DNA of 64,000 bases from Podarcis bocagei (GCA_964188305.1 OZ076885.1); one strand, 5' to 3'; positions 14,444 to 27,863 are shown, counted from the stretch's first letter. The notes: generated by a model not told the origin, from the letters alone. Program-made: numbers and translations.

Positions 14444-16667
14444 AATTCTTCTAAGTGATTGTGATAATTTCTGTGAAGAACATCAGAAAGGAAAGTATTT
14501 ATATGGAAAGAACTTTATTTTGTAGAACATATGTTAGACAGATAGTTCTCATAGTATCTGAACTTGGGGAACTGTGGACTGGTAAACAGTGCTGAATGAG
14601 AACAGTGCTGAATGAGAATAAACCACAATCAAACTGGTTTCAGGTCCTGGCTTGTTGTGAAACTATTGTTTAAACAAACCACAGTTCCTGTCACAGGAAA
14701 CTCTGGTTAGTTTAAAATAAAAAAATGTTTCTAATCTTGTTCTCTGGAATACAAAAGAAGAGGTATGTGTGGGAAATCAACTCAATAGGTCATTCACATA
14801 TCAGGAAAACACAGTTTCTCATTACTACTGAACCAGGCAAGAATATGTGATGTACACATGCAAGTTTTCAATCAATCTGCTTTGGATATTCTGGCTTTTA
14901 AGGAAGCTGGCAGTGCATTTGCGAGTCAGGAATGGAAATATTCACAGGGCCACAGGTAGATGGTAATAGTACTGAAGATTTTAAATTATTATGTATATCC
15001 CTGAAATTCAATTCTGAGTGAGCATGTCACTTACAAATGTTTAAAATAGTTGTACTATTTCTTAGATATGAGCAAAAAAGATTTGCTTTATAAAAAAAAC
15101 CCCATAGAGGCATAAATACTGACGGTAGACTTTTACCCAGTCAGTGTTTTGAGTGAATTTATTTATTTGGTTTCAACTACCAGCATAAGTAATTAAGCAA
15201 CAGTGAACTTAAAAGGGGGGGTTTCCCCTTATGGTTGAATGATAGGATCTCTAACTCAGCCAATATTAAAAAATACTGATAACTTGCACTACATTTGAGC
15301 AAATGCCTATTTTGGCACATGTTGATTCTGAAAACACACATTGTTTGACCAATGAGCCATAACTCCTCACTGAAAGGCATTGTGAAAATCCCCCTTATTT
15401 CATGGATCATTGACCACTGTTTTCAAATCCTTCTTTTCTCGCAGGCCATAGCTCAGCTAATCATAAGGGTTCCAAATAGAAAGAAAATCCTTATGGTCTG
15501 ATGAGCAAATGAAGTAGCTTTCAATGCCCAACTCCCACAAACACTTATACATTTAAGTCCTACCCAAATAAATAATGTGGCCCCGATCCAGCTAAGGTTT
15601 AGGAGGAAGCCCTACTGAACTTACCTCCCGATTTGTGTACACTGATGGGAAAGGAAGATGACAAACAAAGGAGCACTTTCAAGCAAGTGTCAGAAGTGTT
15701 TTTAATACTGAATTTTAAATGGTTGTAACCCACCCTGTGACCTGCTGATGAAGGGAGGGAAATCAATATAATAATAGATTCAATCATCAACATCATCACC
15801 CCTGTCATGCTCTGTCCTGAGGAGAAATCTAAAAGGGCACAGCAAGGTGGGGCTGCTGTCACAATCCCAAAAGAGCTCCTAGTGAACAGCTTGCTTCAAT
15901 GAGGTCCAGAGGCAAACTTGAGACCTTTTGCACCTCCACCTCTAGTCCACCTCTCCTAAACTCTGCTCTGCTCCCTTTGTTGGAAAACTGCAGGCTCTTA
16001 AAGAGGCAGCCCTCTGGCCTGAAGATGGACTTCCTGTCTTATGTACTGTTCTATTATGTGATCAGTTGCTACAATTTACAGTTTGAAAACAAATGTAAAT
16101 TGATTTATTCCTAGACCTCTTTATTCCTTGGCCCAAAGATTAACAGAAGGCAGGGAGAGGGGATGGGGACTCTTCAAAATCATCTTAAAACACCCTGGCC
16201 TCAATCCAGTTAAGGTCAGTCATTTCTAAATGTCATTAGGACCACCAGAACTGGAGTTAGATACAAAATATTTGTTCCATTGGGTCAACCAGGCTTTAAT
16301 ACTGACTAGCATATTTCCTTTAGGGACACTGACTCCAGAGTTTAGCTTATCTTATTTCTATCCATATCAATGGGGTGGCAAGGACACACACCTAGAATAG
16401 GAGCATCCCCCTAAATTCAAAGATCTCTGTAGATCAAAGACAACAAATATTCTTTCATGGATGGGGGGTACACTTTATTAAAATGTGCATTTCTAGTATG
16501 CATCTACCACACCCATTTATAAGTACTTCCTATCTTTCTTTAGCAATTTCTGGCATTTACTGAAACTGTGAATTGGGCAGTTTAAAGTCTTTCAACAACA
16601 GTGAAGCTCTGTTAGTTCCAATACAAAAACAATGATGTGAGTGGTCACTGAATCTAAAACTCTGGTA

Positions 16668-16915
16668 CAGTGGTACCTTGGGTTACATACGCTTCAGGTT
16701 ACATACGCTTCAGGTTACAGATTCCGCTAACCCAAAAATAGTACCTTGGGTTAAGAACTTTGCTTCAGGATGAGAACAGAAATTGCGTGGCGGCGGCAGC
16801 GCAGCAGCGGCGGCGGGAGGCCTCATTAGCTAAAGTGGTACCTCAGGTTAAGAACAGTTTCAGGTTAAGAACGGACCTCCAGAACGAATTAAGTTCTTAA
16901 TCCGAGGTACCACTG
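16668..16915. mobile_element. Tc1/pogo(Tigger)-type MITE, copy 2
   Basis: Same family and orientation as copy 1, TA TSD. Confidence 0.92.
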
Positions 16916-17836
16916 TATTTGAAGTCTGCCACAATCCAAAACCTTGCAATGAAAAACTGCACTGCTAAGGCTAACATTTGCTTTTGTTCACAATATTTTG
17001 TTAGATATGTTACTTTTCACCTTTCATTTCAAGTGGAAAGCAAAAGCAGTTCCAAGCTGCAGAAATGCAAATGTTATTTTCAACAGTGCTGGCTAACTGT
17101 TACTCTCTAAGATCACCCTAACATGAGGTTACTATTATCAATTGTGAAAGCACAACAGGTGGGTCACGAGGAAGGTCACATTAGTTTTGTTCACAGGCCC
17201 AGACACAAGGTTTTCATTATCCTTAATAAAAACAGAAGCAAGCAATAAAAATATATCACTGCAGGAACATATCTCTCCATTCATAGGCCATATATAACCT
17301 CAAACATTAGCTCCTAGTATTTCAAAATACTTCTGCTGGCTTCAGTATTATGATTATTTTTGCGGTTGCTACTTTAGAAAATAAATGTTATAAATCATGG
17401 CTCAACTTCTCAACAGTCCTTTTGAAGTGCATTTTAAAACGTTGGTCTAGACGGATCTAAAATATATTGGTCCACTTCAAAATTTTAAGCACTTTAGATG
17501 GTCAATAAGGTAAGAGAGCTATTTAGCAATTCCTGTCATTAGAGCAATATGAAATTATGATGACCTAGGAGCAATTAATGGCCATGTTCAAATCCCAATA
17601 CTAAGCTAAAGTAGAAACATAATTCAGTAGTGGTGCAAAATAGCCCAGAAATTTAATCTCAGCATAAAGTTATGAGAAATCAGCTTGTTCACATTCTACT
17701 CAGCACATGCTATAAGAAGTCCCTTTACCTAAGATAATACAACTCTACAGTTTTGATGTCATGTATTTGTGCACTTTTTTTAAAAAAAAAAAAGCTTTTT
17801 ACATGTATCATTGAGAGCTAACCCTATGCTGCCTCA

Positions 17837-17890
17837 TTTAAATTTATGTTAAGAAGCCCAAATTTAAATTTATGTTAAGAAGCCCAAATT
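17837..17890. repeat. 26-bp tandem duplication
   Basis: atttaaatttatgttaagaagcccaa occurs twice in tandem. Confidence 0.9.
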
Positions 17891-18055
17891 ACACATAGCA
17901 CTAGCTTTCTTCGTTCTACATTTTCCTTCTTCCTTGCCATGAGCACGGCAAACAACTGTAAGATTCAACAGAATTCACAGTCTGATCAGGAACGAAGGCA
18001 ATTTGAAGCTCCAGTGTTTCCACGATTCCCAAACCTGTAGTATGTCATGACATAC

Positions 18056-18320
18056 CAGTACTGGCCCTACCATTAAACAGAGTGTGGCAGCTGCCCCAGG
18101 CGGCATACACTGCATATAGGGAGCAGCAACAAGATAGTGGAGAGCATAGCTGTTTCTACCACATGGCCTGGCTTTCGTCCCCTAAACCTGCCTGCTACTC
18201 TCAGGAATACACTGTCCCTTCACCAGTAAGGTTCAGTTGCCAGTCTTTTATTCATAGAATGGGAGAGGGTGCCATTTTGACCTTTGCCTCAGGCAGCAAA
18301 ATATTGTGGGCCAATCCTAT
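18056..18320. mobile_element. Old hAT-type MITE remnant
   Basis: Decayed ends ggccctaccatt.. and ..tttgcctcaggcagcaaaat..gggcc; GC-richer than its flanks. Confidence 0.45.
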
Positions 18321-18955
18321 ACCATATGTCAACTTTTCTTCCAGCTCTTTTTGAACAGTTGAGGACCAGCCTGTCCCTTCCAACATCCATATATAGGCTC
18401 CTCTGACAAAGACAAAAAAAAAAATTCCTCACATGGGATAGGTGATGGGGAATGAGTTGAGTCCCAAACCCAGAAAGTTGCAAACATGTCCTTAAGTCCA
18501 ACTGAATAACTAATTTGTGTTTTTTTAAAAAAAAAAAAGATTGAGAAATAAGAGAATATATTGGTGTTCAATCAAACATAACATGCATTGTAGATTTGTT
18601 CCTTGCTGCAAGAAGCAAAAGACAGGGAGGGAGATGTCAGATATTTGAAGTCAAGGACAATCCTATTTTGTTTCATCCAAAACTTATTCACACAGCAGGT
18701 GATGCTATCATGCTTACAAAGCATGCCAAAACCCTATCTACAAAGTGTTATACTAAAAGCAGTGGCATGTAAATAATTTTGACATGATAAATATCTTGTG
18801 AAGGCAGGTTATGACCAAACAAAGTGTATTTTATTCAATTATGTTTATACTAAAAATTCCAAAGACTCCTGCAGAATTAGTCAAAGTAGTTTAGTGGGCA
18901 AATTTGTGGTTAGCATTTTAGCAAATTAGTTCTTTTTCTTTTTCCACATCCTTAC

Positions 18956-19022
18956 CTGTGCGTGCCACGCTGTGCACTGACATTAATTTCTGGAACACTT
19001 AGATTGTATAGTATGCAGGGTA
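18956..19022 (-). other. ENOX1: 67-nt internal 5' UTR exon (putative exon 2), probably ENOX1
   Basis: Minus strand reads gctaattttattttaaAG|TACCCTGC...GGCACGCACAG|GTAAGG: branch-like CTAAT, T-rich tract, consensus donor, and CpGs retained in CpG-poor DNA. Length is not a multiple of 3. Size and sequence fit my recollection of the ~66-nt ENOX1 non-coding exon 2. Confidence 0.65.
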
Positions 19023-19559
19023 CTTTAAAATAAAATTAGCACTTTTCAAGCAATTGCCAAGTGTACATAGTTTTTAAGCAGCTATGGAATTCTCCATTCC
19101 CATCCTGCCCAGTGGTCTCATATATAATAGACAACAGTAAGTTTTGATTCCCCCCCCCCAAAAAAAAGGTTTTATAATATGGAAAGAAAGCAAATGCATT
19201 CAAGCAAACAGAGCACAAATACTTTATAAGGATAAAGGAAATTTATGGACAACACTATAACATTTTGAAAAGTTTGCTGTAATTATAATTCCACTTCCCA
19301 CATTTGTCAATTGGATATTTAATACTTTAAAGAACCCCTCTCCTTGTTTGCCTGCAGGATGTGCAAGTTCCATTTCTTTCAGAGGTTTGCCTGCCACAGA
19401 AATCCAGTCCCTGTGTTAGGTTGTGCTCTCTTCTGCCTAATAAGAAATGAGTGTCATCAACATATTTCACAGGGGCATGCATATGGCTGCTAATGATTTG
19501 GTTATAACAGCAGGAATTGAAATGGCATCTGGAATGTGGTATTTGTTGACAAGGTTTTG

Positions 19560-19780
19560 GTTAAACAGAGGATGGTTTGTGGTTTTCTGTCACCATGCCC
19601 CTCAGGCATTTATAGCATTATTAATTAATCTTCACAACCAACCTGTGAAGTTGGTTAGGCTGAGAGACAGAGATTGTGCTAGAGAGCTTCATGACTTGAG
19701 TGGGGATTTAAACCTGGGTCTTCCAGCTCCTATCCTGACTATCCATTACATTACATTACATTACACTACATTAGCTCCTA
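19560..19780 (-). mobile_element. MIR/Ther1-like (Squam3-type) SINE
   Basis: CORE-like segment aatcttcacaaccaacctgtgaagttggttaggctgagag, gatttaaacctgggtcttcc B box, cactacattagct A box (reverse complement). Confidence 0.65.
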
Positions 19781-21773
19781 TATACTGACTGCTATGATGG
19801 GTTTAAAACATGAAATTTCTCATTAAAATAAAAATCCAAAAAAGTCACATTTCCAATTTATCTTAAAATGTGTTGATACATACAGACCAAACTCAAGGTT
19901 CCAAGAGGAAATCTGAGGTGCAGGAAAAGAAAAAGGCTTTACTTGTTCTTGACACCAAAGATGATCAATATCTTGTGAAGGCATCTAAAATGTCATGATG
20001 CAGATTGCACCTACGTACAAAGGCACGCAAGACATAAAGGAAGCAGCTATCAGTGGCATAGATTATGCACCCCTCCTGCCTTCCAAAGTAGATCTCAGTG
20101 CTACTGAAATGTTGTATTTAGAAAAATAATGATTTGGCAGAGTCTCTATAACAAATCCTAGGTCTTAATTCTGTAAATTCAACCACGAATACTTTTAACT
20201 TTGGATGGATTATTCACATGCTTCGTTGTTAAGCATCCTGAGGGCTTTGATCCCAATTTGTAGGGTGAAAAAAGTGTAGCTTGAATGTTCATGTATCACA
20301 TGAAATCCATTTCATAACACTACAGTGATTAAAGGATTACAGTGTTTTCTTGTAACTGATATTTTGGATGTGGAATGTGTTGCCAAAACTTTTTTTTTTT
20401 TTACATATGCATCACTCTTCATCCAACGTGAAAACTACCTCTATACATGCAACAGACTCTGTATATACTTTTCTGCCACATACATGGCAGCTTCTCCAAG
20501 GAATGCTGGAATGTTAGACAAATACTTCATTTCAATCCCAAAGACTCCTGGATTGTCCAAAGAACCAGTTCTAAACCTCTCCTGTATTGCCTATCTTGCA
20601 GAAGTTCAAAAACCACCAGCACAGCACAAGTGTAGTAATATGTGATTCGTCATATATAGAACTGGGAGGCCTCAAGCTACTGATTTCCCTAAGACCTTTT
20701 ATCACAAAACTATGCCTGCCTTCCTGCCTGCCTTCTTTGGATTAAGTATATCAGAAGTTAATGAGCATGTGAAAACAGGAACAACAAAAATCTGACATCT
20801 TAAAGTAATAAAAACCTTGACCATAGCATGATCTTTTGTGGGCAAGAGTTCTAGTTGCAATAAAGTTATTAGCCTTTGCCACTTATTGATTACTAATGAT
20901 CATAAATAACAATTCCATGGGCAATCCAGTAGCAACAGGTGTGATGAGGAAGAGCTGCAAAGCCTCTCTGCTGACACAGACATCACTGCAGCTTACTTTA
21001 AGAGGGCTGAGGAGGGGCAAGATAGTAGTGAGTTCATCAAGGCAGAGCAGAGACATCAGCAGAGTGGCCCTACCGTTGCATCCATGTGGCCCAGACCATG
21101 TCATTTCCCAGCCCTAACCCTGCCTCATTCGGGTGAAACTATTTCAATAAGGGAGAAATCAGAAGGTCCAGAGGTCTTCCTGGAACGTTTAGATGAGAAT
21201 GAGATGCACTGCCTTCAAAAGGAAGCTCCAGAATCTGGATGCAGATGTTAAGAAGCTCTCTCCCTGTTCCCAACTAGGCATACTTCTAGGTACATAAGGA
21301 CTCACCAAATTATCCAGTGACAGTTTTTGTAGGTGGTCATGCTCTTTTGGGAGAAGGCAGCTCTTCAAACTGCTCCCAAATCACAAACAGCTTGAAAGGT
21401 CATCAGCAGTGCTTTAAATTGTTTCTGGAAACAAATTAGAAGCCAGCGGAACCACTTCAATCAGGGAGTCACTGGACCAGTTGTAATTTCCAAGAACTCA
21501 TCAAAATACATCCCTACACAAGAGCACATTGCAGCAATCCAGATGTGATGTAAGTAAGGCATGTGTTACCATGGTCAGGTCTGCTATCTGCAAGAGCTAA
21601 CATAGTTTGTGCACCAGCCAAAGATATGCAAAGGGACTCCTGTCCATAGCTAGCCCGGACTTTGAAAGTCATCTAATCTCCCTTGCTGTATTATACTGTA
21701 TTGTTTAATTAGTGTTTTTATGGAGCAGTCAAGTAATTTCGTTGTCCCCGAAGGGGGCAATGACAATAAAGAT

Positions 21774-21790
21774 ATTATTATTATTATTAT

Positions 21791-21830
<40 letters not shown>
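21774..21830. repeat. Compound (TTA)n(GTA)n microsatellite
   Basis: Read directly from the sequence. Confidence 0.95.
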
Positions 21831-21831
<1 letters not shown>

Positions 21832-22679
21832 TCTACCCACCCAAGGTCAAAGTTGGATCCAGAAGAACTACAAGTCTATATTTTCAAGGGAAAGTAATCC
21901 CATACATTACTGTTTGAACCCCTATTTCTGGACCAGCTTTAGTAGCCAGGAACACCTCTCTATTCACTTTGTTTGCCCAAATCCAGGTCATTTCAACCTC
22001 CCAGCATTGGTTTAGGATCTCTACAGCTTCCCTTTAATGAGTTGGCAAGCAGAAATTGAACTAGGTGTCTTCCATATACTGATTATATTGAACTCCCAAA
22101 TCCCTTGATGATTTCTCTCAAAAAATTTCAGTAAACAAACAACATAGGGAACAGAGACTGAACTCTCAGAACTCTTGGGCCAATGGCCAAAGCTTCAAAA
22201 TGGAGTGCCTCTAGCTCCATCTTCTGGGACCATGCCAAGAAGGACCAGAGCCACCATAGCATCACGTCCCATCCTCAACAACCAGTCCAGAAAGATACCA
22301 TGGATAATGGTTCTTGACAGCCACCAAGTAGTCCATCATAGTCACCGGGGATACACTTCTCTTATCCTACTCCTGGCATAATCAGAAAAGTGACCAAGGC
22401 TGTTTCCATACCAAAATTGGCTCTAAGACCAGATGAAAATGGATCAAGACATTTAGATACTAGATCTGAAAGGCCGGTATGTGCTTTGCCTTCCGATGGA
22501 ATATTACAAGATTGGGTGGAACTTCTCCAATATGATCAGATTAAGGGAGGGGTTTTCAACCACCACCTCTTTCAAACTTCTGGGGACCGCAGCTTTCCAG
22601 GAGGAGGCATTCACTATGCTACTACCCACTCCTCCAGCAGCTCTTATTAGCTTAGATGGGTAAGAGCTGGGTGAATATG

Positions 22680-23107
22680 TTGTTAGAATTCCTGCTCCAT
22701 GATTGCAGTCATGGGATTGTTGTCTTTCAAAAGACGGTATATGTTTTGACTCCACAGAGTGGGAAGTGACGGAGACAGGATGTTTGTGTTACTGTGTTCC
22801 GTGAAGGGGGACTATTGTCCTTTGTTCTTTCTCTTTGCTGTCTGATGCTAGAGAAAGAGGGAGGCATGTTGCAGTGCTCCATGAGTGTTTATATGTAAAT
22901 AAAGTAGATTAGCCAAAATGCTGAGGTCTGTTCCGCAAGCTGCGAAAACTCTGAGGATCCCTAAGTGTGCCGATGTCTGTTGGCATCAGTTGCTGTGATG
23001 TTCGGGCAGAAGAAAGCTTTTAAGCTCCCAAACGATCGACCAGGAGGGAGGGAACATGCCAGTCTCTTCCAGGGTCCTACTGGAGTGTAGGACGAGCTCC
23101 TGATACA
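22680..23107 (+). mobile_element. Probable solo LTR
   Basis: ~430 bp with TGT...ACA-type ends, internal AATAAA (~22898), ATATG direct repeat at both junctions, inserted into the L2. Confidence 0.55.
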
Positions 23108-24481
23108 TATGACTGGCCTCATCTCACCTGGAAACCTTCATATCCTAAGGCTTCATAAATTGGGACATATTCAACATAACTGGACAAGGATGCGCCAAAA
23201 ATATACCTGCTGATATTGCTCTAGCTGCACCTAAGTCAGAACAGGTATGAGTGTTTATCTGCAAAAGTGGTCACAGTGAGATACCACGCAATCCTCCTTG
23301 AGGGCCAAGATGTAAACAGGAGCCTCAGACTCTGAAGAAAGGTAATGGTAACTAAAACATCCTAAATAGCCTGCTCCTGTGCACATTTACTCAGCAACGC
23401 ATTCAATCCACTTTTAGCTTCATTTCTTCCAGAAATATTTTATTAAGGCAAATCTCCAATTTCTACTTTTTCAGACAAAGCTTAATAGTTAAGCATTAAG
23501 AAGGACAGACAGAATGTAAATATAATCCGATACATGTATATTGTCTTCTGATGAATTTCAATAAGCTGCATTAAGTTACACTGGCCATTTTTGTCTACTT
23601 TATGCATTCTTCTTTGCTTCAAACAACAAATCTATGCATTTTTGAAAAAGAAAGAAAGCATAGACTAGGAATCAGGCCTTCAAGTGCAAACGCTTTGCAT
23701 CACAGTTGGAAATGGATGCAATGAAACAACTTCACTCAACACAATTAATAGCTGGAATACAAAGAATCAATTAAAAAAATTAAATGTGCATAAGAGCTTG
23801 TGTATACCCAATGGGGTGTCACACTTTTTCCTGAGAGCATCACTTGTACTGTATTGGAGGATGCTTGTGATACAGCCCTGAATTTTAGCATACTTATCAA
23901 TTATCATAGGGAACACTGCTGTTGGGAGAAGAAATTCAGAAGCCAAGATAGATGCAATTTCCTGCACCTCTGACAATATTACTTCATGAGTCTCCTTAGT
24001 AGCAGAGCTTTTAAGGAAATCACACCAATATGCAATGCATAATATGCATTCAGCTACAGATGGGAATATCTGTCAATGACTGTTGGTAGCAGATAACAGA
24101 ATTAGATACAAAATTTATTTATTATGTTTATATAATATTCTTCTCCCTAAAGAGTTGAGGCTGACTTTGAACCAGGAACTCTGGAATACAATTTTGTACA
24201 AAACTTGTTGCATGGTTGTCTGGCAGGTTATATTATTTAGGATACTAAATACTGTATAGCAAACAAGAGTTCAAAGTGCAGAATACAGCTTGGTATACAA
24301 CCTAAAGGGCCTTTTAAATGGTACCATTTTAAAACCTATGCAAAAGCATCCTCAACAGCATACTAGGCTTTACATAGCTTCCAGATTATTCTCAGGAACT
24401 GGCATCGCCCTTGTTACTTCATCTGCGAATGAATAGTTTTTGTTTCCAGAGCAGGGGCTCAAAAGCTTCACAGCAGACATA

Positions 24482-24680
24482 CAGTGGTACGTCTAGTTAA
24501 GAACTTAATTTGTCCCGGAGGTCCGTTCTTAACCTGAAACTGTTCTTAACCTGAGGTACCACTTTAGCTGCCGCCATGCAATTTCTGTTCTCATCCTGAG
24601 GTAAAGTTCTTAACCTGAGGTACTACTTCTGGGTTAGCGGAGTCTGTAACATGAAGCGTTTGTAACCCGAGGTACCACTG
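24482..24680. mobile_element. Tc1/pogo(Tigger)-type MITE, copy 3 (internally deleted, opposite orientation)
   Basis: TIRs and TA TSD; shorter core. Confidence 0.9.
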
Positions 24681-27600
24681 TATAACATTTTTTAAATCCA
24701 ATTTATGAAGATAATCCAATGGGCTTCCTGAAAATGTGCCAGCTGGTAACATTAACTCTGTTAATGAAGAAGGTGGTAGCAAGTCCATGTAAACCAGAGC
24801 AAAAAGCTCTGGAGAAACAGATACTAACCCCCAGACACGGATCGATTCCCAAACATTCCACTGACTTGCCCAAAGTGGCTCCATGTTGGTTGTAATTCTT
24901 GAACCTTTTCAACATATGGATTGCCTTGGTCACATAGACTCACTCTCCACACAAGCAACCATGTGGAACATGGACCACATTCCTTGTGCAGAAGCTTCTC
25001 AGATCAAGTAGATCCACGTGCTCAGTGGGTTTTCAAATTTTCTGGCACCTTAAGGGAGCAGCTTATACCCACACAGAGAAGAGACTGCTTTAAATGGTTC
25101 TGTGCAATGGCTCAAGGCTCCAATTCTGATTCTCCAGCCCACGCTATATCATGCTGTTTGTACATTTTGGCCTCAAAGTAGGTAAGGAGGTATATTTGTT
25201 ATTCAATAAACAAACCTTATTAATGATTATGATGATGATAGAATAATGTCTGTAACATTTTCTTCCCCAAGGGAACATGAGCTTCCCTTTCTGGTTTAAC
25301 TTTACAAATGGCAGCTTTTCACAGTAGAATGACTATGAACTACAAAGGCTCTTGTTACTCTGCCCTGGCAGTGGCTTACTTCATCCATTTACTTTCTTCT
25401 CTGGCCTTACACGATCCCCTAAAACAAAGGAAGGAAGGCAAGTGCTCCTTCCCTCCTGCATGGCTGGCCTTTCTCTTTGTCCAAGAGGAAAAGTGACAGA
25501 CCTAACCTACTTTTACTCTACAGCTTTTCCACATGGGGCATCAATTATAATATAGAATCTGTCCATTAAACATCAGCCTCTCTCTTTCAAAGGGGGGGGG
25601 GAGGGATATCCACTTTAGAAATGTGTAAATTTGCACTGTGCCCATTTATATATTTTTAAAAAATACTTCTCAACATCAGAAAGCATGTTAATTGTAGTAA
25701 AATGAACAATACTGAAGTTGTTTGAAGACAGAATTAAATTTAATGAAATTCACAAACAACCCCTTTTAAGAAAGTAACAACATTTTTTGAACATTAAAGA
25801 GAAGCTCATTATATCAAGACAACTCCAATGTAAAAGGCAGCCCAACTTCAATCGCTGCATATCTGCATGTTAATGAACTTGCTGTGTGCAGCAGGGACTG
25901 AGCTGAGCAAGTATGGAGAAGACTGTCTTAAAGCACACAGTGCACTCTGAAAAGGGGGAAAAACACGCCACCTTTAATCAATAGAACACCTTTTCACTGG
26001 TACCTTAATAGCAACTGAAATGATTTCAAACGCAACACAAAAGGAAGATGATACTTAGTAAAGGTTTCTTTAAGACATAACATTTCTTGCACATTCCTTC
26101 AGCGTTCACATGCTGTCAGCATCACTGTGGCAAAGACTTTCAAGTTTCGGCAGACAGATACCGCCTAGTACAAAGTCTTTGTCATAATAATTTCATTGCA
26201 GTGCCCTGATCAAACATCTAGACAAATCTGAGACTGAAAAGTGAGAGCTAACCAGTGACCTTTGATTATAACCACCAGCACCAGTTTTAATAAAATGCCT
26301 CATTCATTGCTTTCTGCTGCCAACAAGGAAGGTGTGTTAGAGCCTCAGAAAAATGAAGTCAATATACCATTTACACCCATATAATGATTCCTATTATTCA
26401 CAGCTGGACTTTGTGAATGTACCAAGTGAAACACAGAGATCTTAAAATAGCAAATAAAAAAACCATACAAACAGAATGTTCCACCTTGAAAATAAATACA
26501 GGTCTCAAATACAGTTGTCTCATTCTCTGGTTTGCCTGCTGCTGGCTTTCATGTCATGTAATAATCTTCCTTCCAAAACTTTACTTGCACACTGTTTGTA
26601 TTTGTTACCACTTCTGCAGGTCTGCAGACGGGGGGGCGGGGGCGAGTTTTCAGGGTCATGAGACCCCTTTGATTAATGAACAGTACACTATTCAAACATA
26701 CCATCTACTCAAAAGTTAGAGAGCTGTTTTCAGCTGGACTTCCTAACATCGTCATCACTGTTTTATGCTTTATTCTAAAAAATAGAAATAATAAGACTTT
26801 TGGGCTTTGGAAGCAATTTCAGGATAGTTTTCTGCCTTCTACGTACAAACAGCTGTTGTCAAGCACAATGCTCCAAGGAGATACAATTAGAGCCAGTCTC
26901 ACATATTTGTTGGTTAGCATATCAGGCAAAGGAAGAGGAAAGCCGGCCTTAGCACATTTATTTCCCACTTGAAAAGGAAAAAAGTATTACGCAGGGTAAT
27001 AAATATTCAAATGACTTTGCACCATCGAGCGACCATATCAAGCTAATGATCTGTAGTCTGGAGCCCTATATAAAATGAAGAAGCCTTCCGTCACCTAGAG
27101 GTGTTGCTGTAAACACGGTGGGGGGAATCGGCTCCTCTCAGTATGTGTGCGCACAACTCCACTTTATGTTGTTTTCAAGAAGGAGATATATTGCTGAGTA
27201 GTACAGCCAAAAAAGTTCTTGTCTTGTTTTGGTTTTTGCTTTATTTTTAAAAAAAGAAGATGAAAGAAATGGTGGGAAGACATTCAGAGGCAAGAATAAA
27301 AAGACACGTTTAAATTTTTTGTAGCATTTTTTATACTTAAAAAAATAATAATCCAACAGAAGTTAAGAGATTCAAGATCTCACTGACTGTTGAACTAATT
27401 GGAAGCAGGAAAGAGCTGCAGACGTCCTTTTGATGGGAACTAGGCTGAGCTGGCTGAGAAGGAGTACCACTAGGAACTGGGCTACCAAAAGGCTATAGTT
27501 GATATTTGCGGGCTTTTCCACATAATCAGCATTTACATTTTAAAAAGTGAGCTAGTTATTCTTTTGTTGCAAGCAATCTGCGTATCTTTCTTCAAAACTG

Positions 27601-27753
27601 AGCTACTTTTCTGAAAGCGCTGCAACCATACAGTATTTTGTAACTGCAGAAGATGTGTATAGGAGAAGCGCTGGGAAAGGCACATACAGTTACCACTATA
27701 ATCTTCCCTACACCCAAAGTTTTTGTGTCCCGCCAGCAATGTGTACATTGACA

Positions 27754-27863
27754 CAGGGAATATCCAGCTGGTGACAAGACTCTTGGGCACTACACACAAG
27801 TAGTGTATTTGTCGCTAGTGGAACTAAATGCACAAGAGTCATACACCAGCTGGATATTCCCTG
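27754..27863. repeat. Inverted repeat / foldback
   Basis: 20-bp perfect arms CAGGGAATATCCAGCTGGTG extending to ~35 bp imperfectly, with a ~40-nt spacer. Confidence 0.85.

Larger units (their letters stand above)
21120..23350 (-). mobile_element. Decayed L2-clade LINE, interrupted by a microsatellite and a solo LTR
   Basis: Reverse complement of ~22390-22455 gives an LDPF-SG-R-FG-ETALV-like RT motif, with HGI-LD-like sequence at ~22285-22320 and HFADK-like sequence at ~23250-23275. Confidence 0.7.

Noticed and set aside
19943-19984. Possible 42-nt minus-strand exon, and a 17-bp match (aatatcttgtgaaggca) shared with ~18790
   Set aside because: Weak donor (CAA|GTAAAG) and short pyrimidine tract; the match is unexplained but has no supporting structure.
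21712-21917. PolyL/V and polyI/S ORFs
   Set aside because: Translation of the (TTA)n(GTA)n microsatellite.
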